Of a stretch of DNA of 38,751 nucleotides, positions 36,007-38,751 are shown piece by piece (position 1 is the stretch's first letter; every line of letters begins with the position of its first letter). This stretch comes from Deltaproteobacteria bacterium (GTDB lineage Bacteria > Desulfobacterota > Binatia > DP-6), in contig VBLD01000111.1 in NCBI GenBank assembly GCA_005879205.1, positions 1-38,751 of the forward strand, written 5' to 3'. Made by a program: the position numbers and the translations under genes. The notes beneath the pieces were generated by a model. It saw nothing but the letters and a program-made list of their open reading frames with translations. It was not told where the DNA came from and did not search any database.

Positions 36007-38238
36007 ATGCCCGAGGCGCCGCCGCTCGCCGGCCTGCGCGTGCTGGAACGCGCGAGCTCGCTCGCCGCGACGTACGCCGGCTTCCTCCTGAGCGAGGTTG
36101 GTGCCGAGGTGGTGAAGGTCGAGACGGCGGGCCTCGCCCGCCCGACACCCGGTGACCACGTCCTCGCTCGCGGCAAGCGATCGGTCGCGCTCGGCGCCTC
36201 CGGTTGGCGAGAGCTGCTCGGCCGCGTCGACGCCGTCCTGCTCGACGACTCCGCCCCGCCGCCGGAGCCGGATCCCGGCCTCGTCCACTGTCACGTCTCC
36301 ACCTGGGGGCGCACCGGCTCCCGCCTGCCGCCCGACGAGGCGCTCGTCGCGGCGGCCACCGGCGTCCAGGCGCTCCAGTGGTCGTGGTCGCGGCGTCCCG
36401 TCTGGCTGGTGACGCCGATGATCGGGTACATGACCGGGATCCTCGCGGCGCTCGGCGTGAGCGCGGCGCTGTTCGCGCGCCATCGCGGCGCCTCCGGGCA
36501 GGCCGTCGAGGTGAGCGGAGTGGGCGCGGCGCTCGCGCTCAACAGCGGGACCTTCGTGTCGGGGGCCGGCCACCGGGGCTCCCTCTCGCTCGGCGGCGAC
36601 CCGCGCGGCGTCTACCCCACCTACGGATTCTACCCGACGGCCGATGGCTGGCTCTTCGTCGGCGCGCTCACGCAGGCCTTCTGGACGAAGCTGCTGACGG
36701 CGCTCGACCGCCTGGACCTGCTCGCCCATCCGCGCCTGCAGGGCGACCCGATGACGTTCTTCGAGGCCGACGTGCGCGGGCTCGTCCGCGCCGAGCTCGA
36801 GCCGATCTTCGCCACGCGCTCGACCGCGGCCTGGGTCGAGGCGCTGCGCGCGGCTGACGTACCCTGCGGCGCGGTCGGCACCCGGCCCGACTTCCTGCGC
36901 GATCCCGAGGCGCGCGCGCTGGGCCTCAGCGTGCCGGTCGAGGATCCCGTGCTCGGGACGACGTGGCAGCCGGCGGCGCCTGCGGCGTTCTCGGACACGC
37001 CTGCGCCGCCGCCCCGCGCGGCAGTCCTGCCAGGCGCCGACACCGCGGCGGTCCTCGCCGAGGCGCCGGGCTGGAGCCGTCGCTTCGGTGGCACGCCCGG
37101 CCACGGCCCGCGCGCGTGCCTCGAGGGCATCCGCGTGCTCGATCTGACGAGCTTCATCGCCGGCCCCTTCTGCCCGCTCCTGCTCGCCGAGCTCGGGGCC
37201 GACGTCGTCAAGATCGAGTCGCCGGCGGGAGACCCGTTCCGCTTCCAGCTCTTCGGCTTCGTCGGCTGGAATCGCGGCAAGCGCTCCCTCGTGCTCGACC
37301 TGAAGCGTGCGGCGGGCCGCGAGGTCTTTCTCGACCTCGCGCGGGAGGCCGACGTCGTGGTCGACAACTTTCGCCCTGGCGTCATGGAGCGCCTCGACAT
37401 CGGCGGAGATCGGCTGGCGGCGCTCAATCCGCGGCTCGTCCACACCTCGATCACGGGCTACGGCTCCGCGGGAGCGCTCGCCGCGCTCCCGGGCTTCGAC
37501 CCGATCTTCCAGGCACGCTCGGGCCTCGCGGCCGCCCAGGGCGGCGACGACGCGCCCGTGCTGCACATGATCGCCTACAACGACTACTGCGCGGGCGCGC
37601 TCGGCGCGTTCACCACCGTCGCGGCGCTCGTCGCTCGCGAGCGGACCGGGCGCGGCCAGCGCGTCGACGTGAGCCTCTTCCGCACCGCCTTCGTCGACCA
37701 GGCGGCGCTGATGATCCTCTTTCCCGGGCGGCCGCCGGACCCCCGCGGCGGGCGCGATCATCTCGGCCCGGCCGCGAGCCGACGGCTCTACGCCTGTCGG
37801 GACGGGTGGCTCTGCGTCGCGGCTGGGTCGGAGACGGAAGCCGCGGCGCTCGGCCGGCTCGCCGGCATCACGCTCGCGCTCGACGATCCGCCCGGCGGCG
37901 CCGCCGCCGCCCGGGTGGCGCAGGTGCTGGCCGCCTGGTCCCGCGCCGAGGCGATCGCGCGGCTGGCCGACCAGGGGGTGCCCGCGGCGCCGGCGCTGGA
38001 AGTCGCCGACATCTTCACGGACGCCGGGCTCCGCGGGAGTGGATGTCTCGGCGCGCTGTCGCATCCCGCGCTCGGACCGCTCCAGGTGGTCGGCCCCTTC
38101 GTCCACCTCGATGCCACGCCGGCCACCCTCGGGCGTCCCGCCCCGCTCCTCGGCGCCGACCGGGCGAGCGTCCTCGGCGAGCTCGGCTACGACGCGGCGC
38201 GGATCGCCACACTCGTCGAGGCGGGTGCGGTCGGCTAG
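36007..38238 (+). CDS. Tandem-fused family III (CaiB/BaiF) CoA-transferase
   Basis: 743 aa with two complete family III modules (about residues 1-360 and 375-743): LAGLRVLERASSLAATYAGFLLSEVGAEVVKVE and LEGIRVLDLTSFIAGPFCPLLLAELGADVVKIE. The second module has the catalytic-Asp motif AYNDYCAG. The first has MIGYMTG at the aligned position. Confidence 0.85.
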   Translation: MPEAPPLAGLRVLERASSLAATYAGFLLSEVGAEVVKVETAGLARPTPGDHVLARGKRSVALGASGWRELLGRVDAVLLDDSAPPPEPDPGLVHCHVSTWGRTGSRLPPDEALVAAATGVQALQWSWSRRPVWLVTPMIGYMTGILAALGVSAALFARHRGASGQAVEVSGVGAALALNSGTFVSGAGHRGSLSLGGDPRGVYPTYGFYPTADGWLFVGALTQAFWTKLLTALDRLDLLAHPRLQGDPMTFFEADVRGLVRAELEPIFATRSTAAWVEALRAADVPCGAVGTRPDFLRDPEARALGLSVPVEDPVLGTTWQPAAPAAFSDTPAPPPRAAVLPGADTAAVLAEAPGWSRRFGGTPGHGPRACLEGIRVLDLTSFIAGPFCPLLLAELGADVVKIESPAGDPFRFQLFGFVGWNRGKRSLVLDLKRAAGREVFLDLAREADVVVDNFRPGVMERLDIGGDRLAALNPRLVHTSITGYGSAGALAALPGFDPIFQARSGLAAAQGGDDAPVLHMIAYNDYCAGALGAFTTVAALVARERTGRGQRVDVSLFRTAFVDQAALMILFPGRPPDPRGGRDHLGPAASRRLYACRDGWLCVAAGSETEAAALGRLAGITLALDDPPGGAAAARVAQVLAAWSRAEAIARLADQGVPAAPALEVADIFTDAGLRGSGCLGALSHPALGPLQVVGPFVHLDATPATLGRPAPLLGADRASVLGELGYDAARIATLVEAGAVG

Positions 38239-38540
38239 GAGCGCGACCCAAGACATCTTGGGTCGCGAACCGGACGCGAGGGTGTTCCGTCGGGATCACG
38301 CCCGACTGTCCTGCCGCGGCTGGCAAAGCCAGCGCGGCAGACGAACACGCCCGGTTCAGCCGCCGTCGCCGACAGGCCCAATTGCCAACGGATCAACATG
38401 AGAGTCGCGAGGCCTTTTGAACGGCGCGTGTCCGTCCCGCCGCGCTGGCTTTGCCAGCCGCGGCACGGCGGTGGCGCGTGACGGGAGCGCCACACGCTCG
38501 CGTCTGTGTCCGCGACCCAAGAAGTCTTGGGTCGCGCTCC
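38238..38540. repeat. MITE-like palindromic element (303 bp) with ~120-bp imperfect inverted arms, flanked by TA
   Basis: The left end ggagcgcgacccaagacatcttgggtcgcg matches the reverse complement of the right end (ggagcgcgacccaagacttcttgggtcgcg) with 1 mismatch in 30 nt. An internal 27-nt block tgccgcggctggcaaagccagcgcggc is identical in both arms. Each arm holds two hairpins. TA lies at 38236-38237 and 38541-38542. Confidence 0.75.
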
Positions 38541-38751
38541 TAGCCTGCCTCCTCGAGCGCGTGCTCGAGGAGCGCCGCGTTGGGCAGCATGCCGTGCATG
38601 TTCCGGCGCAACGCGTCGAGAGCCGGCCGGAGGTTCCGGAAGGCGAGACGGCCGCGGAGCGCTTCCAGGTGTGCGGCGTGCTCGGTGAGGAAGCGCGTCA
38701 GCACGGTCGACGAGATGCGCTCGAGCCCGCCGAGGTCGATGACGATGCGCT
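38540..38751 (-). CDS. STAS-domain protein (anti-sigma-factor antagonist-like), C-terminal part only
   Basis: Not in the ORF track (no start in the window). Manual minus-strand translation gives ...RIVIDLGGLERISSTVLTRFLTEHAAHLEALRGRLAFRNLRPALDALRRNMHGMLPNAALLEHALEEAG*, with the stop TAG at 38540-38542. Confidence 0.55.
   Translation of the reverse strand, partial: RIVIDLGGLERISSTVLTRFLTEHAAHLEALRGRLAFRNLRPALDALRRNMHGMLPNAALLEHALEEAG

Noticed and set aside
38039-38495. ORFs 38039..38401(+) and 38235..38495(-) both contain the peptide CRGWQSQRG, which hints at a repeated small protein.
   Set aside because: The shared peptide is simply the translation of the identical 27-nt block in the two inverted arms of the MITE-like element. 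There are no RBS or coding signals.

Overview
A very GC-rich, densely coding bacterial chromosomal window. BamD and LapB-like genes indicate a diderm. Many genes overlap by 1-4 nt at start/stop (ATGA, GTGA, TGATG), which suggests translational coupling. Most of the content is housekeeping: a gliding-type ABC-2 exporter, polA, an ECF sigma/anti-sigma operon, bamD, a CPBP protease, a QueT-type ECF transporter, fabF, an ArsA/Get3-like ATPase pair, a CHRD protein, a LapB-like protein, rsfS-nadD-proA-proB-obg, rpmA-rplU, plsX, cutA, a GNAT and a tandem family III CoA-transferase. I saw no rRNA, tRNA, CRISPR array or transposase gene. The standout is a roughly 8 kb, nine-gene minus-strand operon (7232-15307) preceded by a textbook SAM-I (S-box) riboswitch with a terminator hairpin (15311-15467). 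The operon encodes a canonical MoeB/ThiF E1, a Zn-ribbon threonine-synthase homolog, and a ThiS/MoaD-type sulfur carrier ending in GG-Ala. It also encodes a CysM-like PLP enzyme, a stand-alone NIL domain protein, a degenerate (probably inactive) ThiF paralog and a radical-SAM-like protein with an atypical Cys motif. The last two genes are an SLC13/DASS anion permease and ATP sulfurylase. I read it as a SAM-regulated, protein-thiocarboxylate-dependent sulfur assimilation (homocysteine/cysteine) system with three uncharacterised accessory components. Other oddities: a frame break at the 3' end of the cysM-like gene; a fabF whose homologous N-terminus lies upstream of any canonical start; a 303-bp MITE-like palindromic element flanked by TA that supplies both convergent stop codons; a 2OG oxygenase island that splits rpmA from obg; a HAD-type phosphatase coupled to plsX; and a tandem CoA-transferase whose N-terminal half lacks the catalytic Asp. 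Many long ORFs in the track are antisense or shadow ORFs typical of high-GC DNA and were discarded.
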